Shown: positions 22,001-30,900 of the stretch, piece by piece | How positions within the stretch are numbered: position 1 is the stretch's first letter | Layout: every line of letters starts with the position of its first letter | Virus record (IMG/VR): IMGVR_UViG_3300009103_000007 | Span: 32,001 to 96,000 of that record | Strand: one strand, 5' to 3' | Length of the DNA stretch: 64,000 bases | Origin: a virus | The notes under the pieces: generated by a model | The model's input: only the letters and a program-made list of their open reading frames with translations | Databases searched by the model: none | Told to the model about the DNA's origin: nothing | Program-made: the position numbers and the translations under genes

Positions 22001-22973
22001 GTTTAGTACAGATGTTTTAAGTATGTATGGGGATATGCCATCAGTCATGAGTTCGCCTAAATCTGCACTATCTGTAATCTTTTCTACGATGGCGAACAGG
22101 AACGACTTCAACAAGAACAATGCTTTGGAAAATATTGATGCTCAGAATTTAATAAATTCAGAACTCTTCAATCAGCAAATGCAGAATATGTCGGCACAGG
22201 GCCCAGGCCTTGAATGTTTTGATATTCCTGGCCTGCCAAAAGATTTCTGGAAAATGATATGGGAACAAATAAAACAATTTCTTAAGTATTTTCCGTCAAT
22301 GATTTTGAGAGGTATAGCGGATAATATAGATCCAGCTTATAAGGAAATGAAGCATCATTGGTTTGAGTGCGATATGGATTCATTTTCCTTTTGGGACGGT
22401 GGGGTGTTTAGACTCATAACTGATGGTACTTTTACGGGCGACAAGCATAAGGTTTTGAGACTGGGGATGGACGAGGACTGGGAAGACAAGACAGCTAATT
22501 ACGTGCCGGTAAATTTTGCATTCCCAATAGATCTCATTAGTTCTATTTGGGCTCTGTTTCCTCGCTTAATCGGCGGCGAAGATGATCGGGCAAAGTCACT
22601 GGGCCGCACGCTTGATAAGTTCATAACTTACATATATAGTGGTAACTTGCCTATGCTAGATCCAAATTTCGCTTTTGCTATACCGTGTATTGACGCGAGT
22701 GTCGCGACAGATTGGGGAAAGTTTGAGTTTGGTAAGCATGGTCGCTATGGGCATTCGATGACGCCCTTCACACTTATGGCAATGATGACACCAAATCTGC
22801 CTGGAGATAAAAACCAAAGAAAAGCCCTGTGTCAAGTGCGTGATGAAGAAGACGGCTCTCGCGAGGCATGCCCCGAGGAGTCACCTACTGTGCGCGATCG
22901 TAAACAATATGCTGGCCAAATTGAACGCACCAACAGAAAAACAGCCGGCCCCATGGGCCCAGTGAATTATTAA
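10074..22973 (+). CDS. Giant (4299 aa) putative virion protein with N-terminal peptidoglycan-binding-like domain
   Basis: Uninterrupted 12.9-kb ORF. N-terminus GLGDLGRDILAVKAALG...ATFDKRMQRSLMKFQ resembles PG_binding_1; positioned between spike and gp25-like genes. Confidence 0.6.
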   Translation: MAVIKRKYFEISHNNEAISFGPRGLGDLGRDILAVKAALGEIVPAQEVGQDASEMSDSGWFDCSTGNPLNPSEGATFDKRMQRSLMKFQLENQYYILEYLFQKYSVNRILDAVAEVQKGETDYWFEEAGPGTETTDKMAEAINMAKEVQAIISLFESEFGYLGEATLSVLNGWLPITSNTTSPEGTFDVVRDEATGSQHLWYLTPINLWSMLKDKTIGPDWQASSTIFNLHTIQEIIDHSSYSYEEIYRDLRESFFPRSGLSPDWFKLILSPTGQRSQFERSGLPDYGFVQFARRPEDYQSPLNTAVRLITESFPIPADHPELETLSAEAQAEMLMRAFEPEIKNNPDPYEVGLTKIKFFLKTDYTFENLPPSPNTEEYDASLREMADEALHQVLQHYERPDVWYISEASGKVITQYFSRPWPPEEDSDRARPEVGAGRHDGSLTDSETWVLTLQKLIDNGTVSSDAAKHFSYIEGFNNKAPLIKFVEFRTPSLRPGDTYRAEFVINKNKFDLIEKGMRTSGDYSASEGSVDLGARLDEVEEDLAKFSCAENAMSDEEQRRRYAEFRSIASKKKKEIVRNLRAMVLERQETAGRQHEISIQGNLGPFGELDVTNKNFNALDVAGLVGPAVLSNSESAHNSLTEDLLGKANIAQSRKQGSPVLLEWNTIKVGIPKVSKALRDAASDVSSEEWVDTKGNPLNPPIDMATEASKYDAIMDELDQLFKIIGNKSIARRNDQVQFLLGGFKSNSLIHMEDDFKFDFTDVKSEDQTIILGRKLTKIEYVSYLRPQFTCAIGPEELDLHTKEMNSLSSPRTMGYFEQHEAMAGMGIGSMADPLKSTCADVFYSKPGVAFAMRYTYPKLEPKPKKPGPDPVEEWARTQFMDPFEDWVATSAEGLGDRSWKTGFLEDENKSYNSAEILPMIGEACTLEQLYGEFLDKYNLFSLLCDWLKCLRLPGFSLQMPNFHIPPIPELPTFGWMSFLRGMTEDIIMQIIRRALCTLVRGLMDILTFPFCSDDLHNDMFGAAGIPDIAQKALADALTDLGLPRGEMQAAGEMVSDASNFLTPRELCHLLQGKPMPSDVYDVVINLIESRGYGTDGNLSNSLNTEDKVKYFFESLGVFVDSDLCSSLEQYNHVLGEYTCKNASDMLKQIRDRLKRGGVPEGKIEEALDLAQKNMMDKSKAMELMASSADMSAILPPVFKPGDPAAVISELPHALKYSAMEAAKGIFDPAKMAYIGSLKNYVPAMTISVPGVVEKCDDNYDAESTIVVERNLERLRIFAKLTEQSPLAVEDLDAHHPRYVTPNPRARIATWYDLINVLYLDFETRYELCGPRRVKVHSKRTETGAANEFTSRLDGVIPYPSMNLRLGAPVDSRSLSAWRSQTNTEFTYYEYDQRDIQMGTNTPQEARFPFQRVTADSFLSFGSLDLSMAIDVGRKRTRKDPGDDDKREVYIKANESEPLSKISTYKQLIRCMESIDVWRRLSRNSALSQRSKNRDLAAAQLKILKLAFLQKIGDRMMELQKEVADNIEKVTSVAQKAELFGVLRGLYDQSLENAREQNPTAAGEMTSFAGTGDGQPGVYDTFTIKMPNELSNSTPYVKIKEFPGYYDKDPYVIEVGNSLHFNGVPQRFQYCDPVDPRHTDELTERFKGPEKQFTKRAVFSTMWTQAIQDTLARAGENQRLSDYTNVNLSDWSAGIEIEGAPYYQRSIEGIFEQNLGSVYRSRIFENDYVAELERRVSGLSFFDPIGGQCVKNKYNLSHYGLLSFDDLIFKEFPDELSKELARPENAPEMTDYTKPGPTEKAIQNVALRGFIRVCLIEMLLKGGLVYPVWDMEPVISDPFFIDYLTRVVKFQIENNQMFSKNEEELLSCLRRLAADRNAEKTDLIRHIVNIEAMRMPDLSKRVFDNRNNIDYSNYFLSGIPHYDVSGEIGWSGQILWNRRNKLLEYNDPYLIMESYVRLTARNPEDPHLADLSSLIGFGGAQIADVLRSSGVYRTFDNITRGLQMPSLASYDFDILDYGGFSNQDRDDIRQTEMVNINELHRVIRSVVIPSGDYKRFIDDLKGYFYYEEGRDYSQSDAVVITLHPLDGAPIAIENQPGRFIRRKRRKFKIAQQIFDPESTTGSNVLLKSDLISEFQSGIFPSPMPEGDEESFQSYIDVAFSQIVDSPGWAENSPYKYYVVPVDGALLIEKPSRGFKGNPYSDDANLGDGTFDYNYKIFRQGAEQSMRLEGEVYDYVYEQYSSIYGHEYGPQKYDIHNNAGHRQVMDPGVKMGPVLLRQRRWDEDRRETVTTIDEESSLPLDPDAPWFNSQRARDRITFTGRGNLFMNNYGEMDRAQWEAISGNENRNHKREDWVETVVDFTGTRSIIYKMPGETFDPLLVSGVTGASLPTTPNTAVGQLESLTNSPNVLLPATLEEQYSFQCGDEFQANGHIVSPEYRETFKRLTKYLSTHELISMILPYRGDFGCFHGPHNHVSHGLYDAGDAVLSPVPSRPMGFVLDISAKRGYLSGRATLEEEPTFRNNPVHPQGRAMFVWDRVKNNTSKELGYNEYRIPTRLLITQIKRAARSVVDTSYMKFVLPRSITFDFYTEQSAPGDPRRSPTDKARLAEGGWGLSERYQLMQRALVRIFNQYMEDVDAAYFKIASHRNDQSVIDEIGEDIIRADNWTFNEELAADPKWRMRVVRKYCPDFPVFVRQENMERFNYSDYSEIRGQESKNSRILENEIVTAANDRSYDASWDLGSDYYDTANGRWLEMKDRIVDQDAGHENVEFHGWRDAEKEIYNCMHEYNDLRPAYCSIAKIYSTMCDIEAEEGIGNFDDTLLDRMFGQDPGFLIKRDNLGENIDYASIVDQANPDNANNIGNRFARGAQTGDNVEGVETGSDVATGLFVGKWDAILSNTTGLYQWDLHSEINQHSVLSISNLILWFKQRRREGFWGRTFDFKKYAKQKIGLMVSYSRGGKIDGFALTNRYIGGTDSAMPDLNYNPDEYAADSPENSQEKFSGTKLFGTIGDATTPYSFHLQSYAPKLGGYIQYIPVQADIPNPGILCGASPILADGRCSLPELYRAIESVMKTAVEEKTLLGKTRSMIQRESTDGVDSLTMGEKRSIMQDGQGIMFRALVELGLGPRTADLKASNGGYDMAHTFGLPQRVTQARPDMKMIDFMTEVMWKYFRYLPIRTQKQHDFTGRDQLQIPGLDKFYYTYANDLFSAHDSWAMNNSYDEAVTETSSEERTVPIFEMVYVLKHSHRNRQPGSGGYGTDETHEWRAVKVRDEVVTITNTTATFRSLKEGALPYSQPPLELSNLAIRAFKDQANREISTRGMLRYWIPDVRYERYKHEDTITSTRSFNLGLGSALEQTIDTDTTTAIFEIDSRIANMTNFYRLAKYTYAKNHCYDPKLTLMGQSWISRGSDQFSTLSESVPTVVHNRFQNWSSFVFDDLLKTTSWQSYCYMKYGAMSYDRAAAATVQNEGDDLSVWRDHEVSRDAAVAAGIAHVEATISAERDSNPGRLDQILVEGDGGFSWTISAPPVDEFGEAQEVSVGLSDQQLETLLEADPDYLRYLFANDFSESKNLDSAVQSLLGHPFRWDNSRWKTYALGTGRNNRSSLLIPDGGFASERSPIFSRGTKLVTLPFSTYRFMEDLYGNYTDSTGGKNLYRFSSPMDAKRLFNVGSHSGENLEDEIMKSSHGSISTTNQPIRDGGNDPFGLEYVAFEGEETVVPLGVYIQPGSVTYTAGLPSAMVDLLPGWTSMTRSRDENAILDTGSRRMVTSGPSLDERLMFSMHENLDKYDFGSRKTAEYPRWSQLNCISNAMIREWGPNLRVRWDQVLSDLGITSALNTAHTEYKDLQSGRIRNVYDNTEVRMGIRLNHVTPLNSRFSESDPSDHVKEFFRQINLREEDAGVVDLISPENETIMSAFSLPMVHYEEEIILEGCLDLMKIKDRFNESREYMKWKLQQEEDFKTMVDYVFPLKRYMSAMTVFSTDVLSMYGDMPSVMSSPKSALSVIFSTMANRNDFNKNNALENIDAQNLINSELFNQQMQNMSAQGPGLECFDIPGLPKDFWKMIWEQIKQFLKYFPSMILRGIADNIDPAYKEMKHHWFECDMDSFSFWDGGVFRLITDGTFTGDKHKVLRLGMDEDWEDKTANYVPVNFAFPIDLISSIWALFPRLIGGEDDRAKSLGRTLDKFITYIYSGNLPMLDPNFAFAIPCIDASVATDWGKFEFGKHGRYGHSMTPFTLMAMMTPNLPGDKNQRKALCQVRDEEDGSREACPEESPTVRDRKQYAGQIERTNRKTAGPMGPVNY

Positions 22974-23032
22974 ACTCGTAAGAGAAGTGATATTTTGTGG
23001 TCCGGAGCATAATTATATAGAGAGGTATCAAA

Positions 23033-23434
23033 ATGTATCAGCCGGAATTTCCACTAAAGATGTCTAGTCGCGACGGACCATATAAAAACATAGACCAATT
23101 GCAACACTCTGTTAAGCAAAATGTCCTGTTTTTATTAAACACATCTCCCGGCGAGTGGCCAGCTAAGCCAGACCTCGGCGTGGGTGTAAGAGCGTTCTTG
23201 TTTGAAAATCCTGGCTCATCTTCATGGGAAAGGTTACATCAGAGGATAAAGGAACAGTTTACTAGATATATGCCATTTTTGAATGTTGAAAGCGAGATGG
23301 TAACACATGATACACTGGGTAACAGCTTGGTGGATGAAAGCACCCTCAAGCTTGTGCTTAGGTATACAATAATTCCACTTTCAATAAATGAGGTGGTCAT
23401 GCTGGGGTTGAATACATCTCCGGATGAACAATAA
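23033..23434 (+). CDS. Baseplate wedge protein, GPW/gp25-like
   Basis: SVKQNVLFLLNTSPGEWPAKPDLGVGVRAFLFE matches the gp25 LL.T..GER...P.FG..L...LFE motif; GAGAGG RBS. Confidence 0.88.
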   Translation: MYQPEFPLKMSSRDGPYKNIDQLQHSVKQNVLFLLNTSPGEWPAKPDLGVGVRAFLFENPGSSSWERLHQRIKEQFTRYMPFLNVESEMVTHDTLGNSLVDESTLKLVLRYTIIPLSINEVVMLGLNTSPDEQ

Positions 23435-23454
23435 AGGGAGCATAAAATGGTTGT

Positions 23455-23470
23455 AAAACTATTTATTTTA
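23455..23470 (+). promoter_or_regulatory. Putative late promoter AAAACTATTTATTTTA (identical 16-mer at 49405-49420)
   Basis: Intergenic, upstream of the GAGGAG RBS and ATG 23491; exact repeat before the gene at 49457. Confidence 0.6.
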
Positions 23471-23490
23471 AAATTTGAGGAGCTGTTTTA

Positions 23491-25302
23491 ATGGTCAAAA
23501 AAGTAATGCCCATAGATTATACTAGTAGGGATTTCGACTCAATACGCCAAGACTTGGTGAGTTATGTAAAAAGGTATTATCCAAACACCTACAAAGACTT
23601 TAATGAGGCCTCTTTCGGGGCCCTTATGTTGGATGTCGTTTCATTAATTGGAGATAATTTATCATTTTATCTTGATTACAACTCAAATGAGTCATTTATG
23701 CAAACTAGTTTGGAATATGAAAATGTTTTGATGCACGCAAAACAACTAGGATATAAATATGTACCAGCTAGGAGTTCCGTCGGAGAAGTGGACATTTATA
23801 TACCAGTACCTGCAGATTCAGTTACAGTGAAGCCTGATATAAAGTATTTGCCAAAATTATTAAAAGGAACTACTTTCTCTACCCCTGGTGGAAAAGTGTT
23901 TACGTTGAATGAGAATGTGGATTTTTATTCGGAAAATATAGAAGTTGTCGGAGATCAAGTATCTTCGGAACAGGCAGATAGAATCGAGTGGTATATTTTG
24001 AAAGTTACTGCGCGCGTTGTCTCCGGCGAAGAGAGCGAGGCAGTTGTAGAGATTGGGGACTTTCAAAGATTCTTAAAAGTGGAGGTACCGAGCCTTACTG
24101 TGGGAGAAATCGTTAGAGTTGTCGATTACGACAACAATGAATATTATGAGGTTGATTATTTGACACAAAATGTGGTAACTAGATTAATACAAAGTTCTGA
24201 AGAGAAGCCAAACGAGCAGGTGAACTCTATATTAAAAAAGTACCCCGTTGCGCGCCGCTTTGTAGTTGAAAGGGACGGAAACAGGACCTTTTTGGTGTTC
24301 GGCTATGGATCAGAAAAGGATTTAAAAACGAACAAAATTGCAGACCCAAGCGAAGTGGCAATGAAAATAAGTGGAAAGAATTACGTTTCAGATGCAACTT
24401 TTGATCCGACCATGATGGTATCTTCTGACAAATTTGGTGTATCTCCCGTAAATACAACTCTGACAATTAGATACAGATATAACACACATGACAATGCTAA
24501 TACTGCGGTTGGAACCATAACTGATGTAAGAGACGCGTTAATAGAATTTAGAAATAGGCAAAATTTAGAAGACTCAAAAGTGCAATACATAACAAACAAT
24601 ATACAAGTTTACAACGAACTGCCTGTTAACGGGGATATAACAGTGCCAACAACGGAAGAAATTAAACAAAGATCTGCAGCATATTTTGCAACTCAAGGAA
24701 GAGCAGTCACAAAACAGGATTATATCAGTGCTGCTTACGCTATGCCATCCCAGCTTGGGTCGGTTAAGCGTTGTACAATCTCTAGAGATAAAGATGATTT
24801 TAGAAGAAATTTAAATTTACACATGATATCAGAAGGGTCCGATGGAGATTTGGAAAGAGCTAGTGATGCCTTAAAGAAAAATCTTCGTACGTGGCTTAAT
24901 TCTGTGCGGATGGTATCTGATAGTATAGATATTTACGATGCTGTATTGGTTAACTTGGCTATTGAATTTGATGTCATAGCTCAAGATAACGTAAACAAAA
25001 ATCAAGTATTTTCACGCGCGCGCCAAGCAATCTTTGAAAAACTAACAGAAACAATGCCGGAATTGGGCGAGCCATTTTATATATCAGAGGTGTTTAAGAT
25101 ATTGAAAGATGTGGAGGAAGTCCTTGATGTGATAAATGTAAAGGTCGTTTCTATTGATCCGACTGGCAATACAAATTATAGATCAGATATATTATATGAT
25201 ATTGAGAACAACATATCTCCCGAAGGGCGCGCCATATATTTTCCACACAATTATATATGGGAAATTAAGTATGTAGGCGACGTGAGAGGCACCGTTAGAT
25301 AA
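23491..25302 (+). CDS. Baseplate wedge subunit, T4 gp6 / baseplate J-like
   Basis: IDYTSRDFDSIRQDL...YKDFNEASFG.L..DV.S..GD.LSFYLD N-terminus; FGYG; QGRAVTKQDY; FYISEVFKIL..VEEV..V. Confidence 0.9.
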   Translation: MVKKVMPIDYTSRDFDSIRQDLVSYVKRYYPNTYKDFNEASFGALMLDVVSLIGDNLSFYLDYNSNESFMQTSLEYENVLMHAKQLGYKYVPARSSVGEVDIYIPVPADSVTVKPDIKYLPKLLKGTTFSTPGGKVFTLNENVDFYSENIEVVGDQVSSEQADRIEWYILKVTARVVSGEESEAVVEIGDFQRFLKVEVPSLTVGEIVRVVDYDNNEYYEVDYLTQNVVTRLIQSSEEKPNEQVNSILKKYPVARRFVVERDGNRTFLVFGYGSEKDLKTNKIADPSEVAMKISGKNYVSDATFDPTMMVSSDKFGVSPVNTTLTIRYRYNTHDNANTAVGTITDVRDALIEFRNRQNLEDSKVQYITNNIQVYNELPVNGDITVPTTEEIKQRSAAYFATQGRAVTKQDYISAAYAMPSQLGSVKRCTISRDKDDFRRNLNLHMISEGSDGDLERASDALKKNLRTWLNSVRMVSDSIDIYDAVLVNLAIEFDVIAQDNVNKNQVFSRARQAIFEKLTETMPELGEPFYISEVFKILKDVEEVLDVINVKVVSIDPTGNTNYRSDILYDIENNISPEGRAIYFPHNYIWEIKYVGDVRGTVR

Positions 25303-27965
25303 TGGCCGTAAAAAGATATACTGCAAGCAAAGACAATACTGTTACGAATTCCTATAAATTTAATTTAACTTCGAGGGCTTATAGCTCGAATATGGGGAGT
25401 TCTGATATAATGGAGATATATTCCATATTTGGGCAGGCCAACTCTTCTTCATTGGAAAAAACACGTATTTTGGTAGACTTCCCCATAGAAGAGATACACA
25501 AAGATCGCTTAGCCTCCACAATACCGCGTTCCGGATCGGTTAAGTTTTACATGGTGTTGACGAATGCTGAACATGGCCAAAGCACACCAGAAAAATATAC
25601 AATTTCAGCAATTCCGATTTTAAGAGAGTGGGATGAGGGATACGGCCTTGACATGGAGTCTTTTTTAGATGAGGGAGCAAGCAACTGGCTTTCAGCTAGT
25701 GACGGCAATCTGTGGCACACACAGGGGGGAGACTACAGAGACTACCATATTAATCCATACACAGCAGTGCCAAACGAATATACGCAGTATTTAAAATCCG
25801 GTATCGAAAATATAGAGATGGATGTAACCCACATAGTGGAAGAATGGATCTCTGGGCAAGCAAATGATATGCCAAGTGCTACATCAAAAATTGTTTTTAC
25901 TAATGATATCAGTAGGTTCTCTGGATCAACGTTAACACTTTATTCTCACGAAGGCCAGCAGGGTATCTTTAAATTTACTCGCGGAAATGGCGGAACTACC
26001 GTTTCAGCTGGCGAGCCTACCGGCTCATCAGGAAATACTCACTATGTCCCCACAGGATCTAACGTTTCGGAATTAATAACGAACTTATATGATTCTGTGG
26101 TATCAGCTTTTTCTAGTAAAATATACGGACAAGTAGAGACAGGAAACAGATCGATGGAACTCACACAATCTTCAGGTGGGTTTTTTGGAAACACTGTCAT
26201 AACTGCATCCGTTCATCAAACTAGCTCAATTACAATTTCAGCTGGCAATATAGCGGATGGTGATAGGTTTGAAATAAGATTTGCCGGCTTGAACCTTACT
26301 AGTAAGTTTTATTCATTTACAGCTTCTGGCGACGCCGGCACATACAATTTTGATAAAGGCGCCTCAAACGTGGCCGCAGCAACAAATCTATATACGAAGA
26401 TAAAGAGCACCGCAGAAGTTGCTAACTATATGGAGCCATCCAACCCATCGAACGGTGTAGTGGTGTTAAAAATGTTTAAACCAGGCCCAGTTTACGGATC
26501 CGGTAGCGTATCATTTAGGTTGAGATCCGGTGGCACAATCCCTGCCTCGCGCGTAGAGATAAACGGAATTAGTAATGAGGTCGATTCAAATATTAATCAG
26601 ATCAATTTTAATCCACCGAGTATATATCAAAGTCTGCCGCCGGTATTTACTGGTGGTGAATCAGCGCCATCTAATGGACTTCTTTTAAAGCTATCTGGAT
26701 CTTATGAAGCGGGGTCGCTAAAGAGATCTTTTTATACGAAGAAATTTTTTGCAAGAGGTTCTCAGTATTTCTTTCACAGGCCTAGACTTGAAGCGCGCTG
26801 GGATTCGTCCATGAAAGATGATAGGGGTTCTGTGTATAAATCAAGCAGTCTGGCAGAAGAAGCTGATAATTTGAATTCGATTTTCCTGTATAATAGACAA
26901 AGGGGTGGTTTGACTGACCTTCCAAATACTTCCTCTTATCTGCTTGCGCAATTGGTAACATCTTCTACGGGAGGCACTCCTGAAACTCTCAGTAAAGGAG
27001 GAGGAGTTTCTCCTGGCGCTTTAACATATATAACTGCAAGCAGGATGGATAAGGGTGTATATCGAGCACAGTTTGCATATCCTGGGAATTCAGCGACGTT
27101 ATATGATATGTGGTACCGCGGCGAAAAGAAAACAAAAGCAACAGCAACACTTTCTGTGACAGAGTCTCCAACGGCCGGGAACACAATAACCATAATAGAC
27201 AACAGCGAAACACCAGTAAGTAAAACATATATTGCCCATCAGGATGGCAGCCTTTCTGATCTTCATTTTGATGTTGATGGCAGCCAGCAGACTGTAGCTT
27301 TGGCGATTAAAGCAGCGATCGAATCTTCGGGAGGCCACAACGGCACAATACTTGTTTCAGATCCCGTCAACACAACGGGTAATACTTGGGCAATTACTCT
27401 AACTCAGAATGTCGAGGGCCCTACCGGAAATACAACAATTACAAGCAACGTGACAAATCTTGATGCCGGCTCAGGAGTCGCAAAGAACGGCGAATTTTCT
27501 GGGGGAGCGGTTCCGATAACTGCACTTGGGATAACTGGATCTCCGTTTACCATAAGAAAAATGGAGCACGATTTTTACCACCATACACCCTCATACTTGA
27601 CAAAGATAATAAACCTCAAACCGTCTTACAACAGCAACGAGAGGGTAACTTTTAGAGTTTTTACGAGAGATAAAAATTGGGCACCCAACGTTTACAGCAA
27701 AGCAACAAACAAAGTCCCAATTTCCAATATTAGAGACGGGTATTATAAACTTAAGAGAGTGGCTGATGACTTGACAGTAATACCATACTCTACGGGAAGT
27801 GTGCCTAGTTATTCTTCCATGTCTTATGATTTGAGTGGTAGTTATTTTGATTTAGATATGTCTTTATTGGAGTCTGGATATCTTTACGAAATTAGTTTCC
27901 TTTACAGGTTCGGTGGAGATTATGTTGAACAAAAGGAAAAATTTAAGTTCAGAGTAGAAGCATGA
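25302..27965 (+). CDS. Virion structural protein (887 aa), Ser/Thr-rich, with repeated beta-modules
   Basis: Follows gp6-like gene with 1-nt overlap; ILVDFP..., REWDEG.G and MDVTHIVEEW segments resemble DNRLRE-type domains; internal LTQ...GNT modules. Confidence 0.6.
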   Translation: MAVKRYTASKDNTVTNSYKFNLTSRAYSSNMGSSDIMEIYSIFGQANSSSLEKTRILVDFPIEEIHKDRLASTIPRSGSVKFYMVLTNAEHGQSTPEKYTISAIPILREWDEGYGLDMESFLDEGASNWLSASDGNLWHTQGGDYRDYHINPYTAVPNEYTQYLKSGIENIEMDVTHIVEEWISGQANDMPSATSKIVFTNDISRFSGSTLTLYSHEGQQGIFKFTRGNGGTTVSAGEPTGSSGNTHYVPTGSNVSELITNLYDSVVSAFSSKIYGQVETGNRSMELTQSSGGFFGNTVITASVHQTSSITISAGNIADGDRFEIRFAGLNLTSKFYSFTASGDAGTYNFDKGASNVAAATNLYTKIKSTAEVANYMEPSNPSNGVVVLKMFKPGPVYGSGSVSFRLRSGGTIPASRVEINGISNEVDSNINQINFNPPSIYQSLPPVFTGGESAPSNGLLLKLSGSYEAGSLKRSFYTKKFFARGSQYFFHRPRLEARWDSSMKDDRGSVYKSSSLAEEADNLNSIFLYNRQRGGLTDLPNTSSYLLAQLVTSSTGGTPETLSKGGGVSPGALTYITASRMDKGVYRAQFAYPGNSATLYDMWYRGEKKTKATATLSVTESPTAGNTITIIDNSETPVSKTYIAHQDGSLSDLHFDVDGSQQTVALAIKAAIESSGGHNGTILVSDPVNTTGNTWAITLTQNVEGPTGNTTITSNVTNLDAGSGVAKNGEFSGGAVPITALGITGSPFTIRKMEHDFYHHTPSYLTKIINLKPSYNSNERVTFRVFTRDKNWAPNVYSKATNKVPISNIRDGYYKLKRVADDLTVIPYSTGSVPSYSSMSYDLSGSYFDLDMSLLESGYLYEISFLYRFGGDYVEQKEKFKFRVEA

Positions 27966-30900
27966 CAAATTATAGAGATAAATATCGGAATCGCCCATCC
28001 CGCAAACTTACTGAATTTGATTCAACCGAAAGGAAGAATATTTTTTTCAATAAGCGAGGAGAAAACATACTCGCCAATAAAGATATTGATGATATAACAC
28101 CACTGGATGCTGAATCTGAAAGATTTATAAGAGCGTTCATTAAGAAAAAGACAAGATATGTTCCAGAAATGGATCATAACGATCCATCGACGTTTGCTTT
28201 TTATGGCTCGGCCGAAAAATATTATGAAGACTCAATTTCTCGCATATATGATACATATCCATATGATGGGTCCAAAGCAGAACGTTTAGAATGGTTCTTA
28301 AGCTCTTCTTATTTAGACATTTATATGTTTGAGCACGAGTACCCAAAGAGTACCGGATATGTTAAACTTTCTCCTGAAGGTTGGGGGTTGAAGGAGGCGT
28401 CTGATAGTAAGTATGGAAAGCCTGCTAATCTGCAATATATATATTTTAACGGCGGCCCACACAAAAACAACATATATAATGCTGCTAAAAATAGAGAAAG
28501 TAATTTAAAAATTGATGGAGCAAAAGGAAACACTGTAGAATTTTGGCTAAAAAAGAAAGCGTACGTATCTTCCACATTGACAACGCGGGAAGTGTTGTTC
28601 GATGTGCACGCCAGTAGAATTACCGCCTCTACTGACAATGATTATGCACGCTTTAGAGTAGAGCTTGATCAATCTGTTACTTCGGGTAGTCCTTTTCGGG
28701 TTACTTATTTGTCTGGAGCAGTAGGGTTCGATTCGGAACTTATTGGCAAGAATATCACCAAGGCCTCGGTGGCTGATGATTCTTGGCACCACTATGCTAT
28801 AACGGTCAAGCACTCTGGATCTTCTGGCCTGTGCGCCAAGCTTTATGTCGACGGCGCGCTCGAAGATGTGAAAAAGCAAGAAATAACTTCTTTTGGATCC
28901 GTGGATCGCCATCTTGTGGGCACCGTTGGTGCTTTGGTTGCTGAAGATGGCACCGCCGGCGGCCTTGGATGGGGGAAGTTATCCGGATCACTAGACGAAT
29001 TTAGGTATTGGAAAGAAGAAAGGTCCTCGAAACAGATAGGCAGATATTGGTATAGCCCCGTAGCTGGAGGAACAGACAAAGATCACTCCAACGCTTCCTT
29101 GGGTTTATACTATAAGTTCAACGAAGGTCTTACATCACCTATCCGCGACAGGACAATATTAGATTATTCCGGCCGGATTTCTAATGGTAAGTTTGTTGGC
29201 TATACTTCGTCTTGCAGATCCACATCTTCAGCAATAACTGAAGCTTCAGTTATATCCGAATCTGGCTTTGTGGAAAAGGGCGACCCAATCGTTAACAAAG
29301 AAAACACACAAGTTATAGCACTGCAAGAGAATTACTCTAAAAAAGGCAGTTCACATGATAGATCAAACCTCTCTTCGATGCAGAATACTATACCCGCCTA
29401 CATTACTGAATCCGGCGGTCCATTGTTCCAGGAATTGCTGCAGGTTGTATCCTCTGCTTTTGACGATATTTATATAAAAATAAAACTTTTACCAAAAATA
29501 AAAGATTACACTTATCATGACTTTTTTAACAAAAAGGGCACATCTAAGGTATTAAGGGACAACAACTTTTTACTTGGATGTGAATCTTCTGAGGATTTCG
29601 AATTTGTTGGCAGCCATATAAAACCATGGATAAGCTACATCTTGGAACATTTTGGGCTTGTTTCTAGAAATGTTTTTGCAAATGTTGAAGTATTTGAACA
29701 TTTTTCTAATAGAGCCGAGAAAGTCACTTACGAGCAGCAGCTTCATGAAGTAAAGAATGTAATTTTATCCAACATACACAGAAACCTCCCACTCTTGTAT
29801 AAAACAAAAGGAACGGAACAATCCTTCAGGAACTTGATAAGGTGCTTTGGTGTGGATGATGAGTTGGTGCGACTTAATGTTTACGCTAATAACGAAGAGT
29901 ACAAAATAAGTAACAATGCTACGTATTCTATTTTGAAACCCAAGAGTGTCGACTTCACAGATAAGGATTACTTGGGTACCATTTATCCTATTGCTGCCGC
30001 AAGTGACGAGAGAAGCTATATAACTGCCTCCTCTGGACAGATTCCAATCACCGTGGAGGGTAATTTTATTTTTCAAGAAGGCAAAGACGAAACTCAAAGC
30101 TTTGAAAAGACCTCCCTATTTGGAATGTATTCGGTAGAAGGAAAACAAACATCCAGCGATTTATCTTGGGCCAGCCCATCGTCTGGCTCATTTCAGGTAT
30201 ATGCAAGCAAATATAAAAAGCACGGAAACCGCGCTCAATTTGTTCTAGAGAGCGCTTCAGATTTATTTGAAACGGTAACTTCTTCATATTTTCCAGATGT
30301 TTATGATGGTAGTCATTGGAATATCTCTGTTAGGATGGGGAAATACTCCGATTTAAAATATGATGTTGCTGCTAGTTCATCGGTAGGTACACACGCTGTT
30401 GAATTTGCGGGATACAATTACGATCTAGACGTTCTTAAACATAGTTTTTACGTTACAAAAAGCATTGCAGCAACAGATTATGAGGCTTTCTGCAAAAGCA
30501 ACATGGCGCCATATCTTGGAGCCCAGAGAACAAACTTTTCTGGATCGAGTATCACCCCGGCTGATTCCCGTGCCCTCTCGTTTAATGTTTGGCACGACAA
30601 GCTGTCGGAACTTGAACTGAAGGAGCATGCGAAAAATCCACTGTCTTATGGCCGACAGGACCCACAGTTCGTTTCTAATTTTGATGTTGGTAAGAACCTC
30701 TCAGGTCAAGATTCTTTAGTCCTTAGGTGGCAATTTTCAGACATTACAGCATCTTCTGGCAATGGTGAATTATCTGTGGTGGATTATACCAGCGGGTCAT
30801 TATATAGATCGACAAGTGCCGGGTATAAATATCCTGGTAAGGGATTTGGTTTTGCATCCACGACAGGCTCCATAAGACAAGAATTCCTTCCAGTAACAAA

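Noticed and set aside
10074-22973. Calling the 4299-aa protein a classical tape measure protein
   Set aside because: No Ala/Gly-rich helical repeats or adjacent tail-assembly-chaperone frameshift pair visible; left as an open possibility only.
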